64,000 nt of DNA from Squalus acanthias (taxonomy: Eukaryota): assembly GCA_030390025.1 (NCBI GenBank), contig CM059432.1, positions 96,288,001 to 96,352,000 of the forward strand, given 5' to 3'. This document shows positions 25,254 to 38,144 of the stretch, one piece after another. How positions within the stretch are numbered: position 1 is the first letter of the stretch; every line of letters begins with the position of its first letter. The notes below the pieces were generated by a model, which saw only the letters and a program-made list of their open reading frames with translations, did not search any database and was not told the DNA's origin. Both the position numbers and the translations under genes were made by a program.

Positions 25254-26609
25254 GTGTAGGACTTTGAAATCTTAGCAGAATGAAAGTGACAAATATTTAG
25301 CAGGCAGAACACTCCTGAAAGTAAGAAACGTTTAACTCACTGAAAACGGCTGTTTCGCGATGTGAAACTGAACAGGCAGCATTGATTGGCGACTAAACTG
25401 AAAGCGGATGTTGATCCCTTTAAATACCGCTCCTACAGCAGCCATCCGAATGTATAACGCCTCCTCTTCCTGCCGTTGTTCAGGCCAGGCGCTAAGGCAG
25501 GGGGCGACAGTGAATTTTGCGTCTGGGCCGTTAACGGGACGTTCTGCAATCATTGATGTCACGATCTGACAGGCGCTAAAGGCCTAGGCGTTAACTGTTA
25601 GCGCCAGCGCTAAATCCTGGGTGAATTTTGCGTGCGGCGTTGGATTCGCCGCGCCCCACCGCAAACCCATTAGCGCCCCCCCCCAACCCCCCGCCGGTGC
25701 TAACAGGAGGCGCTATCATGCCGAATTTCTCCCCCAATGTTTCTCATGCTGAACTACTCAAAAATGAGACAAAAGAGCATGTGATCAGTGGCTTTCCTGC
25801 TGTCAAACAAAAATACTGTATTCAACGCAAAACAGATTGATTTTCTCCATTTTGTTGATGTCACATCTCTGAAGATAATTTCACTTGATGACAGTAATTA
25901 GTGTCACTGTCCTGTTGTTTGCAGTAAAGAAAAGAATAGGGGAGAAATAGAAAGCAGTCGAAACTGGCAGCTGGCAAACCAGTTTGTTTTCTCCTGGCAC
26001 TGTTTATTTCCCTGAAGTATTACTTGACATTTCCAATTTAACCCTTAAAAATGGCTTACATACTATAGATTTGACATTCTAACATAGGATGCGATGTGTT
26101 ATCGTGTTATAAAAAGCCACTGGTAGAAGTTTCAGTAATTTTTCATATCGTTAATTATTAGAATCATTTACTTGGGATTTATGCAACTGGTATATTGATA
26201 TATTAGACACTAGTGATTAATTTAAATGACAAGAACTACCAAACTTGCTTAAGAGCTTTACCACATACAGTAACAGATGGTTGAGTTTGAAATTACCCAT
26301 TTCAAACAAATTATTGCACTATGGTTTATAACTGACAATAGTCATTTGAATTAAATCATCATTGCTTGTTTTTGAAACTTTTATAGTACTGTTTATTATC
26401 TAAATGGTAGGCATAATGAATACTTTAATTAAAATAATAATTAATTTTAAGGATTATATTTTAGGCATAGTAGTGATTGGTTAATGGATGTAAATGGTTT
26501 GATTGTCTATTTTTCACAATGTCAGTATTACAATGCCAATGCAAGGAGTTAAAGTGAATCCTGGGCCTAGAAATTGGATATGGCCCAAAAACAGCCGGTG
26601 TCATGGCCC

Positions 26610-28058
26610 TGTAATGGAATAAGCCATATTCCAAGAAATACATCATCCTATGAACAGATTTTGATAATATTAATACATGACATACTGAGTTTAAATGTCT
26701 GGAAAGCCTCGGCGACACAGGCTGCAAACACAATACAGGCTTCTGAGATAAGGTGAAGTGTTAACAAAAGCTGTAAAACACCACAAGCTTTGAAATGGGA
26801 ATTGGTTTGTCAATACAAAAACAATGGCCCTATTGAAGCAAACCATTGGTGCTTCCAGAAGGTCTGGAGTTTGGGAGAAACACAATGGAATGACCCAAGT
26901 AAAGTGTTATAAGCTGACACTCAGCAGGGAAACAGAAACTTAGAACATTAAACAACCATATGCCTTCATAAAGTAACATCAAATAAGACAGGAAACATGA
27001 TTAAATATGCAACCAATTGAGATAGCAAGAAAACAAGTAAACACCCTAAGAGAAGTGTTTTCAATTTACAAGTTGTAAAATATACCTACAGAAGACTTTG
27101 AAAATATAATATCAATAGATGACACCAAGCAATTACATTTGTTTGTATTGAACTTGGAACACCACGGAGTCACGACGTCTGGCTTACAATCAGTTAAGTG
27201 ATATTAAGAATTCAATAGAAAGACTTCCTAAGAATAGCATCAAAAGATAAATCTGTAATAACCATTTTATGATAAGTTTTGAAACACCTAAAGGTAGAGA
27301 CAGAATTCTAATAGTTGGCAGCTGAAATGACAGTAAGAATAGAAAAGAATTCAATAGAGTATCACTAGAGATAATTAGCTTACATCAGTAGAAAACTTCA
27401 AAGAATATACCACTAAAAAAGAATATAAAAATAAAAGCTTTTCAGATAGAGAGTCAGAAGTTGCTGGAAGGGCAAACGTTTCTCAACTTCACAGGCATGC
27501 TCTGTAGGCCTACAACTCTGAGTCTCGGGTAATCAAGGTATTTGATTTTGGTGGTATTCTGGATTAAGAAATAAGTAGAAGTGTGAAAATGTAACGAAGT
27601 TAAGATTTGAGAATAAGGATCTCTGATAAGAAATGTAAGCTATTTGAATTTTGAACAGTTAAAGTTGCGATTGCCATACCAGCTGTTAACTAGATGTCGG
27701 TTCTTTAATAAATCTATATATTTTTAAAATTGTCTCAAAGAGTATTTCTGTATCAATCTCGTGAACTCAATTTCTGTACACTCTTCAGTGAGGAGTTGCA
27801 GAATTCTGGGGGGATTTCCGGACCCTCATAATATCCGGAAGGTTACAGTCTAGTTAAACTTGTTAAAAGTGCTATCAGGAGGACGGTAACATCTTCAGGC
27901 TGTTCCTTTCCTTTAGGGAGAGATAGTCTGAACCTTTAGACCCAATTAAGCATCTCTAGGATTTGGCTACCACTAACTTTAGTTGAAGGTGAACGTCTGG
28001 GGAATACGCCTGATCTGGGGTAGCCCAAAAAGGGCTAGGACTTGTAATTATCCCTTCA
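26610..28058 (+). mobile_element. Solo LTR (1449 bp), Gypsy or ERV type
   Basis: TGTAA...TTCA termini, 4-bp TSD GCCC (26606-26609 and 28059-28062), AATAAA near 27707, and Harbinger sequence resumes after it. Strand is inferred from the AATAAA only. Confidence 0.7.
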
Positions 28059-28335
28059 GCCCAATGCTATTTAGCTGCGCCAGGTCAAACTGGTCTAGGT
28101 AGCATGCAAAATTTGCGCTCAGTCCTCATTAACATGTTTATAGTGCTGATCTCAGCGCTGAAACCTCTGCTCATTGGCTTATCACTCAACTGCTGGGCCA
28201 ATGTCAGGTGCAGTCTCATTCCAAGTCATGTTTGGCTTTGGCGTTATCCAGTAAAGGGGAGATACATTGATGCAACAGCACCTCATTGTCATTCCACTTG
28301 GAACTCCACTTGGAAGCACAAGCAACTATGAAGAG

Positions 28336-30263
28336 ATGGCTGAGCCTCAGCACAGGGAGAGAGCAAGACGTTTCTCAGACGTGGCTCTGGAGGCACTGGT
28401 GGTAGCTGTGGAGAGGAGGCAGGCTGTCCTCTTCCCGCAAACCGGCAGGAAGCCATCAGCCTATACGTCCAGAAGGCCGTGGCGGGAGATATCCGATTAT
28501 GTAATTGCCACCAGTGTGGTCCCCAGGTCCTTCATCCAATGCCACAAGAGATTTAATGACCTCATACAATGACCTCATACGGCAGGTCAAGGTGAGTGAA
28601 GGCATCAGCAAATGTCATATCCCACCATCTGTACCACTGCTCAATGCACCGCACCCCCATCACTCATCGACCAACAGTATCTATCTATCACCACACAGAC
28701 CTCACAATCATGGCTTCACTTCACTCTCATAACCTTACCACTGCTGCAAGACTCACACCCACATCTCATACCTTGCACACACTGACAGCTATTCAACCAT
28801 GGCAGGCACATCACCCAAACACATTGCACCACACTCAATCACACACTCCTCTTTCTCTTGCAAGCCAAGGTCACACGCAATCGCGAGGAGCAGCGGCAGA
28901 CAGGTAGGGGGCAAGTTGCCATACAGGCCCTGAGCCAACTGGAGGAGCGAGTGCTCGACATCATTGGACGGGAAGTCACAGAGGCCGTGGTAATGGGTGA
29001 AACCTTTGGGGACAACAACGGTACGCTCATTCCTAATCCTTCTTCTCACATCCCACTTCCCCCTCATCCCACAATCTCTTCTCACTGACAAGCTGCTGAT
29101 GCTGTATGCATGCATATCTTGCTTTCCCCCCCTCCCCTCACCATAACCCGATCCTTGTTCCTTTCTGCTTTCAGCTAAGCAAGAACAAGCAGCTGCACAG
29201 CCTGCCCCTGAGGCGATGGAAGAGAGCGAGGGGGGAGAAGAAGACGACACAATGTCACTGCATCTGTTACTCGCAGACTCCAGTTCAGAAACTGGCACTG
29301 CGTGTAATTTAGAGGGTAGTATAGAGGCGGGATCTGCACAGGGTGAGGCACCGGGCACGAGTGGGCTGCAGCAAGGCCAGGGGAATAGGGTAGCTCGGGG
29401 GCCAGCTCCTCAAAGGGAGAGTTCACGCACGAGTTCTGCTGCACAGGACTCAGATAGAACCTCGATGGGGTGGCCTTCAGAAGAAGGGAGAGGGGCATGC
29501 ACACCGAATTACGAGGTGCAATGGCAAGTCTGCCAGAGAGCCTCTTGGCAATGTCAAGGAGCATGGAGGCGTACACCTCCAACATTGGCTGGGGCTTTGC
29601 GCAGAGCTTGGAGCTCATGATTTCCAGGCTGGAAATGATGGAAAACTCCAGGAGAGACTGTGTTGACCCAGACATGATGCTGCGTGTGATGGGCGATGTC
29701 GCGACTGCCATTGCAGCACAGGCGGAAGTGACCCAACGACTCAGTGTTGCAGCGGAAGCACTGACCTCTGTCCTGCAGTCTCAGCTTGCTGCCACCCAAC
29801 CTCAGACTGCTGCCATCATGGCTGGGTTTACCAGTGTCGAACGGGGCTTTCACGGTGTTGCAGCAGACCAGCAATCTGTCCTCCAACAGATGGCTAGGAA
29901 TGCTGAGGCGCCGCCCCGGGGGAGTGGCAGTGGGTCAGTGGAGCAGAACCCTGCTCCCTCTCTCAGGATGACAGCATTCCTACACCCACCACTGCCACTC
30001 CGCCATTGCCCTTGCCGCTGCCTGTCAGCCAGCCATCCCAGACTGCTGCCGCCCATTCCGAGGTGGTGCAGTCGACAGCCGGGCCTTCTAGGCCCAGAGC
30101 TACTCGAGTTTTTCCTGCAAGGCCATCTGCAGTCTCCCCTATGGAAAGTTAGCAGCCTTCCACCAGCCGTGCTGCAGTCACTGAGGGAGCACTTCATAGG
30201 AGCAATAGAGTACGAAAGGGCACTCGATCAACATGCACTAAGGGATTGCACAAGGGTGATTAG
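28336..30263 (+). pseudogene. Harbinger Myb/SANT gene, copy 2
   Basis: MAEPQHRERARRFSDVALEALV...QCHKRFNDL. A 13-bp tandem duplication at about 28555-28580 frameshifts exon 1. Confidence 0.85.
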
Positions 30264-31025
30264 TTGATTATAGTATGTGTTTATTGATTCTTGACAAATT
30301 AATAATTTTGTTTGGAATCTTTGTTTTGTGGTGGCTCTCATTTCAGCCTTGTGCCCAGGAGGATGCTCTAATATTCCATGACAGAGGGATGGGATGATGG
30401 GGATGTGGTTGATGAGGATGTGGTGAGCAACAGGGATCTGGGGTTTCCTTCACTGGAATCAGAGTCTGATGAGGCGTTCACGGATAGCGCGTGCCAAAGG
30501 GGGATTTGCTGCCTGCCTCCTCTCGTCCTCCTCCTTTTCCTCCTCATTCTCTTCCTCTTCAGCCTCCTACTCTCCCTCTTCCTCTTCCTGAGATGGTTCC
30601 ACAAACCCTGCTGGCAAAGTCTTCACCCTCATGATGGCCAAGTTGTGGAGCATGCAGCATACCACCACGAAATGGAACACCCGCTCTGCCGAGTACTGGA
30701 GGGCTCCTCCCGAGCGTTCAAGGATCGGAAGCGTTACTTCAGCAGCTCGATGGTCTGCTCGATGATGTTCCTGGTGGCAGCATGGCTCTCATTGTATGAG
30801 TGTTGGGCACGAGTGGTGGGGTTGCGGAGGGGAGTCATGAGCCAGATGGAGAGCGGATAGCTCTTGTCTTCGAGCAGCCACCTTTGGGTTTGACGTGGTG
30901 GCTGGAAGATTGCTGGCACACCGGACTGATGCAGGATGAAGGCATCATGACTGCTACCAGGATAGCGGGCATTGACCATCAGGAAGTGCTGGGCATGGCC
31001 GCACAACAACTGCACATTAAGTGAG

Positions 31026-32913
31026 GGACGTGTCTATTCGCAATACCAAAGTTCTGATTGGTCCTTTTGGATGACAAGACCTGATTGCTGATTTGTCCCC
31101 ATAGAGGACAAGACACACACAGCAGTTTCTCTGGAATGTGTAATTAGATCTTCCCTGCCTACGTAATCAATTACTTTGCAAAGTGTAATTCGAGCCATTC
31201 TGACTGCCTACTCCAGACAGAACAGAGCTCACTTAGAACAGACAGGGCTCACCCTCGTGGGTTAAGACCGTCTCTCACCCACAAACAAGTTCCTGCCGCC
31301 CTGCTTAAGTTCCTGACCTTCCCCTGCCCAAGTTCCTCCCCCTCTGGGTTCCTGACCTTCTCCCTCCAACAAGTTCCTGACCTTCCTTCACCGCCCCCAC
31401 CACCCCCATAGATGGGGCATTGTGCATGGGTCACGGATTGTTAACAGGTTTATTGGTTAGGAAGTGAATAGTGACAGCTTTCCGAGAAATCAACCAGGTC
31501 TCGGGGGAGGAGAGGGAGAATGTGGTGCGGGGGCAAAGGGGGTGGGGTTGGATTAACGTGATCTGTCTTACCAGCTGGATCACGTTCTCGCTCTCATCCC
31601 CACGCCCCCCCCGCCCACCCACACCCCCTTTGGACCTGGAACACATTCTTCCCACACCCCCACTGTGCCCTCCTTACTCCTCTTTACCCCCCACCCCCCG
31701 AGTTCTTGACCTTCTCTCCCGAGTTCCTGACCTCCTCTCCCCTCCCTTCCTCTCTCTCCCCTCCCTTCTTCTCTCTCCCCTCCTCTCTCTCTCCCCTCCT
31801 CTCTCTCTCCCCCTCCCCCTCTCCCCCCTCCTCTCTCTCTCTCGCCCTCCCGTCTCTCCCCCTCCTCTCTCTCTCTCTCCCCCTCCTCTCCCCTCCCCTC
31901 CTCTCTCACCCCTCCCTCCTCTCTCTCCCCCTCCTCTCCTCTCTCTCTCACCCCTCCCTTCCTCTCTCTCCCCCTCCTCTCTCTCGCTCTCTCGCCCTCC
32001 CGTCTCTCTCTCTCTCCCCCTCCTCTCCCCTCCCCTCCTCTCTCTCCCCTCCCTTCCTCTCTCTCCCCCTCCCCTCTCTCCCCCTCCTCTCTCTCTCCCC
32101 CCTCCTCTCTCTCCCCTCCCTTCCTCTCTCTCCCCCTCCTCTCTCTCCCCTCCCTTCCTCTCTCTCCCCCTCCTCTCCCCTCCCCTCCTCTCTCTCCCCT
32201 CCCCTGCTCTCTCTCCACCCCTCCTCTCTCTCTCCCCCCCTCCTCTCTCCCCCTTTCTCTCTCTCTCCCCTCCCGTTCGCTCTCCCCCCCCTCCGGTCCG
32301 CTCTCTCGCCTCTCCCTTGCTCTCTCACCCCTCCCCTCGCTCTCTCACCCTCCCCTCACTCTCTCTCCCCTCCCCTCACTCTCTCTCCCATCCTCTCTCT
32401 CTCCCCTCCGATTCCCTCTCTCTCTCTCTTCCCGCTGATCCCCTATCTCTCTCCCCTCCGATTCCCTCTCTCTCTCTCTCCCCTCCTCTCTCTTTCCCCT
32501 CCTCTCCCTCTCTCTCTCCCCTCCGATCCCCTATCTCTCTCTCACCTCTGTTCCCCTCTCTCTCTTTTCTCCGATCCCGTCTCGCTCCTGCCTCCAATTC
32601 CTTCGCTCTCTCTGAAGGCCGCAAAAATGTTCATGTAGATAATCACAGCGATATTCTAGGCAAAAGTCCTGGCGGCTTCTTTAGTATAGTCATTGATTTT
32701 CAAAGGAAAACCCAAAAGCCTTAGTAGCAGGCTCAGGCTCAAGCAGCAATGGCAGCAGCTCCAGGCTCGGCAATGTGGCTCGGCCCCACTTCCGGCTCCC
32801 TCATATATCATACTGCTCATGCGCGACCGGATCAAGTGCGCATGCGCAGTACCAAAGAGGCGTGCATGCGCAGAGGGAGTCAAAAAACGCCATGCAAATA
32901 ATCACTCCGTTAG
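31026..32913. mobile_element. Unclassified non-coding insertion (1.9 kb)
   Basis: Absent from Harbinger copies 1 and 3. Flanked by GTGAG direct repeats (31021-31025 and 32914-32918), extendable to TTAAGTGAG/TTAGGTGAG. Confidence 0.8.
31730..32610. repeat. C/T-rich low-complexity tract of about 880 bp
   Basis: Seen directly in the sequence. Confidence 0.95.
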
Positions 32914-34514
32914 GTGAGTGGTAGCCTTTGCAGTTACGGAAGATCGCAGGAGTGTTATGCAGCACCTGCAAAGCCACATGGGTGCAGTCGATGGCGCCCT
33001 GCACCATGGGGAAGCCTGCTCTCCTGGCAAAGCCACATGCACGCTTGTGCTGCTTCTCTCTGCTCAGAGAGAAGACAACGTAGTCCCTTCTCCTGCTGTA
33101 GAGAGCGTTTGTTACTTCCTAGATGCAGCGATGGATGGTGAACTGGGAGATGTTAGCTATGTCTCCTGCTGCAGACTGGAAGGATCCGCTGGTGAAGAAA
33201 TTGAGGGCCATGGTGACCTTAACTGCCACTGGGAGAGCCGTGTTCGCCCTGGTCTGAGGCTGCAGGTCTGGTTGCAGGAGGTGGCAGATTTCTGTGACCA
33301 CCTCCTTGGTGAAGCAAAGCCTCCGAATACACTGCTCCTCGCTTAAGTGGATATAAGAGAAGTGCTCTCTGAAGACCCTAGTTGGGTAAGACCTCCTGTT
33401 GAGAGCCCTCATGCTCCTTCTCCTCCCTCTGCACGCATCTTCTCCTCTACTTCGCTGCCTCCACTCCCTCTGACGAAGATCCTGGAGCGTGAGGGGGACT
33501 GCCAGTAGAGACCCCATGGCTGTGAGCAAGTGTTGTGAGCAGAAGCCTTTAAATAAGAATGAAGGTGTTCTCCACTTGCTCCAGCACTCCCTGTTACCAT
33601 AGAACCTTGCAATAAGTTAATAAAGCTGCTGGAGTTGCAGAAAGTTGCACAGAGCCAGTCAAACTACAGAATCATGTGAGGTGCAAGTTGTTGCTGATGA
33701 TCCCTTTAAATACCACTGCTGGAGCCTCCTTCCTGCTTGTCAATGCTTGCTCAGCTGTTTGCAGTTAAGGCATGCCGGTAAGTGAAGTGGCGAAGCTGAA
33801 AATCGCAGATCAGGCATCAAGTGAGCATTGCACGTTCACTGACGTCACGTTCTGCATAATCTCCATAATTTTTACGAGCGAGGACATCAGCAGTGCTGCC
33901 GCCCAGCCAAAAATGGCGGCCGCCCCGGGACCTGCCAGCAGTGGGCAGAAACATGGCGGCCGCCACTTTTTCCCTGAATCGGGTGGTAATGGCCTGCACT
34001 AAACTCCCGAATTTTTAGCCCCATGTCTTTTATATGCCCTAATAATAGTTCTGCTAGTCGGAGGGTTGATGACTATGGATTAACTGACATCTAGAGCAAT
34101 AAATAATGACATGGATGAAGAATTCCTAATTACATAAGAAATAGGAGCAGGAATAGGAGACTTACGGATTTTGGGTATAAGGAAAAAATGAAAAATTGTT
34201 ATCTCATTATTGGGAAACAAGCTGAAGCAACTTGGATGGACTGAATGGAACTTTCACGTTGTTTTAACTTGTAGAGTTGATTCGTGAAGTAGGTGAAAGG
34301 AGGGTTGTTTGATTTGCCAACCCAGGATACTCTCCTCACAGGAATGTAACACATAACTGGCACGAACAGTGAATGCTATCTTCAAAACCCAGATGACTTT
34401 GGGGTAGATACTAAAAATAGCTTGGAGCTGAAAAAAATCTGCCAAGGTAAAGCTACCAACTAGAATCTTATACCAAGTTAATGGGCAAAGTATGCATGTC
34501 ATTAAATGTTTCCT

Positions 34515-35270
34515 CTCACAGGAACAGGAGTAGGCCTTTAATCCCGGCGAGCCTGTTCTGCTGTTCAATTACATCATGAATGACTGATATGTATCTTAAC
34601 TCCATCTACCCGCCTTGGCTCCATAACCCTCAATACCCTTGCCTAACAAAAACCTATCTATCTCAGTTTTGAAATTTTCAATTGAGCTAGCTTCAACAGC
34701 TTTTTGGAGAAGAGAGTTCCAGATTTCCACTACCCTTTGTGTGAAGAAGTGCTTCCTGATGTTGCATTTGAATTGCCTAGCTCTAATTTTAAGGTATTGC
34801 CCCCTGGACTCGCCCACCAGAGGAAATAGTTTCTCTCTATCAATCCTATCAAATCCTTTAATCATCTTAAACACCTCAATTAGATTACCTCTTAACCTTC
34901 TACACTCAAGGGAATAAAAGCCTCATCTATGCAACTTGTCCTCATAAATTAACCCTTTTAGTCCCGGTTTCATTCTAGTGAATCTGTGCTGCACTCCCTT
35001 CCTGAGGTGCAGTGCCCAGAACTCAACGCAGTGCTCCAGATGGGGTCTAACCAGAGCTTTTTACAACTATAACATACCCATTTGTATTCCAGCCCACTTG
35101 AGATGAAGGCCAACATTCCATTAGCCTTTTAAATTATTTTTTGTACCTGTTCACTAGCTTTTAGTGATTTTTGCACATGGACCGCTAAACCTCTCTGCTC
35201 CCCCACAGATCCTAACGTCTCACCATTTGGAAGATACTCTAATCTATCTTTCTTAGGTCCAAAGTGGATC
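34515..35270 (-). mobile_element. CR1 3' fragment
   Basis: ORF 34596-34874 (FFTQRVVEIWNSL) and a degenerate HER1-like tail. Confidence 0.85.
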
Positions 35271-35379
35271 TCAACCTGTTACATATAGCCACATGATACA
35301 TGTTCATTTATTCACACAAATACTAGGCTGTAGGCTGGATATTTGGGCATTGCTGTCAGTGCTCTTGCCCTTTACAACA

Positions 35380-36660
35380 TCTTAAGATTACTTCTCTCCT
35401 TGCAGGCCAAGGTGGCATATAACAGTGGGGAGCAGACCTGCTTGGGAGGAGGGCACTGAAACTTCAACCTTCTGAGTCCCTCCAAAGAAGTGATGATCGA
35501 CTGAAAGCACAGAGGGAGTGGGAGGCATGAGCTGGTGACCTCTCTCTTGGGCTAGCACCATCCTGCTCTCATTGTTTCTTCTTACTCACTCATTCTCACA
35601 CAGGCATACACTCAAACACACCAGCATGGCACACATCATTTTGCCACATAGTACCATTAGGAGGAGTTTCATGCAGCCAGCATTCTAACATATGTTCCTC
35701 TACTTTTCGTACAGACTCCTCCCAAAATCCAAGCCAAATGCCAGGGCTATGTTTAAGCCAGCACAACACAGCACCCTCCATCACACAGTGAACCTGAAGC
35801 AAGCATCAAAACAGGCACAGCCACCCTGTGAAATTTAGGTAGTGAGCAAATCATTGAGCATGAATAAGGTTGGAGCAAATGCTGGTGACAGAGGAGGAAC
35901 AGGAACCTGCTGGCTAGAGGACCAGTTTGTGTACTTCCTCCGCTGTATGAATTCAGATCACCGTGCCTGCTTATAGTACATGTTTGCTATTTGAATATGA
36001 TCATCTTGTGGAATCACTGGAAGCTGTCCAAAGTAGCTCCTGACAGGTCTGGTGACAACTGTGAAGGCCAATGCTTGCATCTGTGCAGACATGTAGGAAG
36101 GCTTGTTGGCACTGGTGTCTACCATAGAGTGTACCGCAACTCAATCGGCATTTTTGTGGAGGTCCCAGTGGAACAGACTCTAAGTATGAATGCTCATAAT
36201 GCAGCTATGCAGGTTGTTCACTGAGAAGTACAAGAGGTTCTCCTGTCTGGCAATAAGGCGCTGGGGTGTTAGATGGAGAGATCCACGACACAGCCTGTAC
36301 TGCAAGAGATTCCCTGGTTTCCCATGCATATAAATGCTGCTTCAAGATACAAAAAGTGTGATCTATTATCACCATGGTAACTGCATGGGCCTTGTTGTAC
36401 TTGTACTCTACTTTTGTCTGTGATGCTACAGGGCGTGTTGTTAGGCAAGGCTCAAAGGGAAGCTATGATTTCTGAGAATCCATCCTTCCAGCTGTCATTC
36501 ACTTTCAAAGAAGCCCGGTGCAGATGATTGCCGCCAATGAAAGATCATGACTAAGGCGGCCAATATCCTGCATGACGAGATTGTTCCTGATCACTGACCC
36601 GCTGCACATTATTCATAGCATGCATAGTCACATTGGTGTCATCAATGACTCTCTGGATTT
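35380..36660. mobile_element. Very old Harbinger remnant
   Basis: TTGCAG|GCCAAGGTGGC matches the Myb exon 2 acceptor of the younger copies. Weak transposase-like traces at about 36460-36660. Confidence 0.4.
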
Positions 36661-37459
36661 TGCAATGAAATTAGACAGCTGTCATGCTATAGCTATTCAG
36701 TGGGAAAAGAACTATGAACCATGCATTCATTTGATATAAGGGGAGGGGGCAGCAAATTTGCTCATTTAGTATAAATCTAGATAAAGTATATCAAAATATT
36801 TCAAAATGTGAAGGGCCCTTAAGATGTATTTGTCCTCTGATTAATACCATACAAATAAACTTTTAATACATTAAGGCTCCCCAATAAAACTTTCTATACT
36901 TGAAAACAAATAGAAACCCCTTTGGAGAACTATCTAATTATCACTTTGGAACTGGTGGGAATTAAATTATTTCATCCACAGCAGCACAGTCCTAATTAAA
37001 ATTATAGTACTTTAAATTGGATTTGTTCAAACTCGTTTGCTTGAGCAGTTGAGCAGTAAATATTTCAGAGACTAATGGACAGGGTGCTACAAACACTGCT
37101 GGATGTGCTTCATTTAGCAATAATACATAATTTACATAAAATACGCAAAATAATCATGCAGTGAGGCTAATAGTTACAATTTCCACATGGCTAATAAAAT
37201 TTAGCCAAAAGTAATTTTAAATCCACCGATCCTATGCTCCCAGCAAGGAGCTATGGTTAAAGGGAACTTGGGTCAGAGAATCATGATTTGCGTTGTAACC
37301 CTATCTCTAACCTGCACTCCATCCAAGCCAGACTTCCCACTGAAGAGTGGGATCGATAAAATTACCCTTCAGTTTCCTTTCAGGTGTAAATGTTGAAAGT
37401 TGATATGAGTAAAATGTTGAATAATAACAGTTAGAAGTTTAATAATCTTTTCTTTAACA

Positions 37460-37655
37460 AGAATGACACCATCAATTTATATATCTTTCATATAAAAAAT
37501 TTCACAAGGCATTTCACAAATAGGTCGGAGGAAGTAGGTGCCGAGCTATTGGGGGGGTGGGGTAGGGGCAAAGGGCGAGACTAAGAGGGGTGACCATCGC
37601 TTGGTCGGAGAGATAGGTTTTAAGAAGGATTTTAAAGGTGGAGAGAGAAGTGGAA
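37460..37655 (-). mobile_element. Degenerate L2 3' end
   Basis: Reverse-complement similarity to 8490-8670. Confidence 0.5.
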
Positions 37656-38144
37656 GTGATTAAGAATTTGCTCGCATGATTCACCAGGGCCTTGGAGGAG
37701 CATCCAATCTTGATCTCAGAGATAATGGTAGGTGATTACAATTAGCCACAGTGCTCTGGCAGAGGGAAGGGAAAATTAGCCTGAGTTCCCTCCCACTCTA
37801 GATTACATCCAATGGCCCAACTGGAGAGTACATGTGTGTGGATGCAAGAACAGAATAGGTCTCAGCTACAATGGATATTAAAAGTCAGATAGGATTTTCA
37901 CATTACTTAAAAATTTACATAGAATTCTGCTTAACTTGATTTTTCTTTAAATCTCTATCCCATTAATTACATGAATTATTAATCTCACTATTACAATAAG
38001 CTGCTGTGTCACTTTACCACCTCTGGGGGCATTATTAGATTGAAAATTTATTTTCTAGCAGTGCACAGATCCTGCTTGTAATCGCCTCATTCATGTCTGA
38101 TATTGTACTCATGAAAAGTACACTTATCTGGAGATTAGAACAGT

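Larger units (their letters stand above)
18749..25735. mobile_element. Decayed full-length PIF/Harbinger, copy 1 (Myb +, transposase -), containing a minisatellite and a CR1
   Basis: TIRs GGGCTAGAAATTCGG / GGGGGAGAAATTCGG and both genes present. The flanks (CTA/AAT) do not match as a TSD. Confidence 0.88.
30450..33517 (-). pseudogene. Harbinger transposase, copy 2, interrupted at 31026-32913
   Basis: ORFs 33119-33529, 32801-33007 (GAIDCTHV) and 30734-31015 (NARYPGSSHDAFIL). Confidence 0.88.
26564..34021. mobile_element. Decayed full-length PIF/Harbinger, copy 2 (related subfamily), containing a solo LTR and an unclassified insertion
   Basis: Ends GGCCTAGAAATTGG / GGGCTAAAAATTCGG, Myb on + and transposase on -. 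The flanks CTG/CAT do not match. Confidence 0.78.

Noticed and set aside
31471..32724. Long Pro/Ser/Leu and Gly/Glu/Arg ORFs (also 4498-4925)
   Set aside because: Artefacts of C/T low-complexity tracts that cannot encode stop codons.
18746..34024. TSDs for Harbinger copies 1 and 2, or a composite transposon spanning both
   Set aside because: The flanks CTA, AAT, CTG and CAT match in no pairing.
34254..34568. 104-aa ORF in apparently unique DNA
   Set aside because: It starts in a CR1 tail and has no recognisable domain or convincing splice sites.
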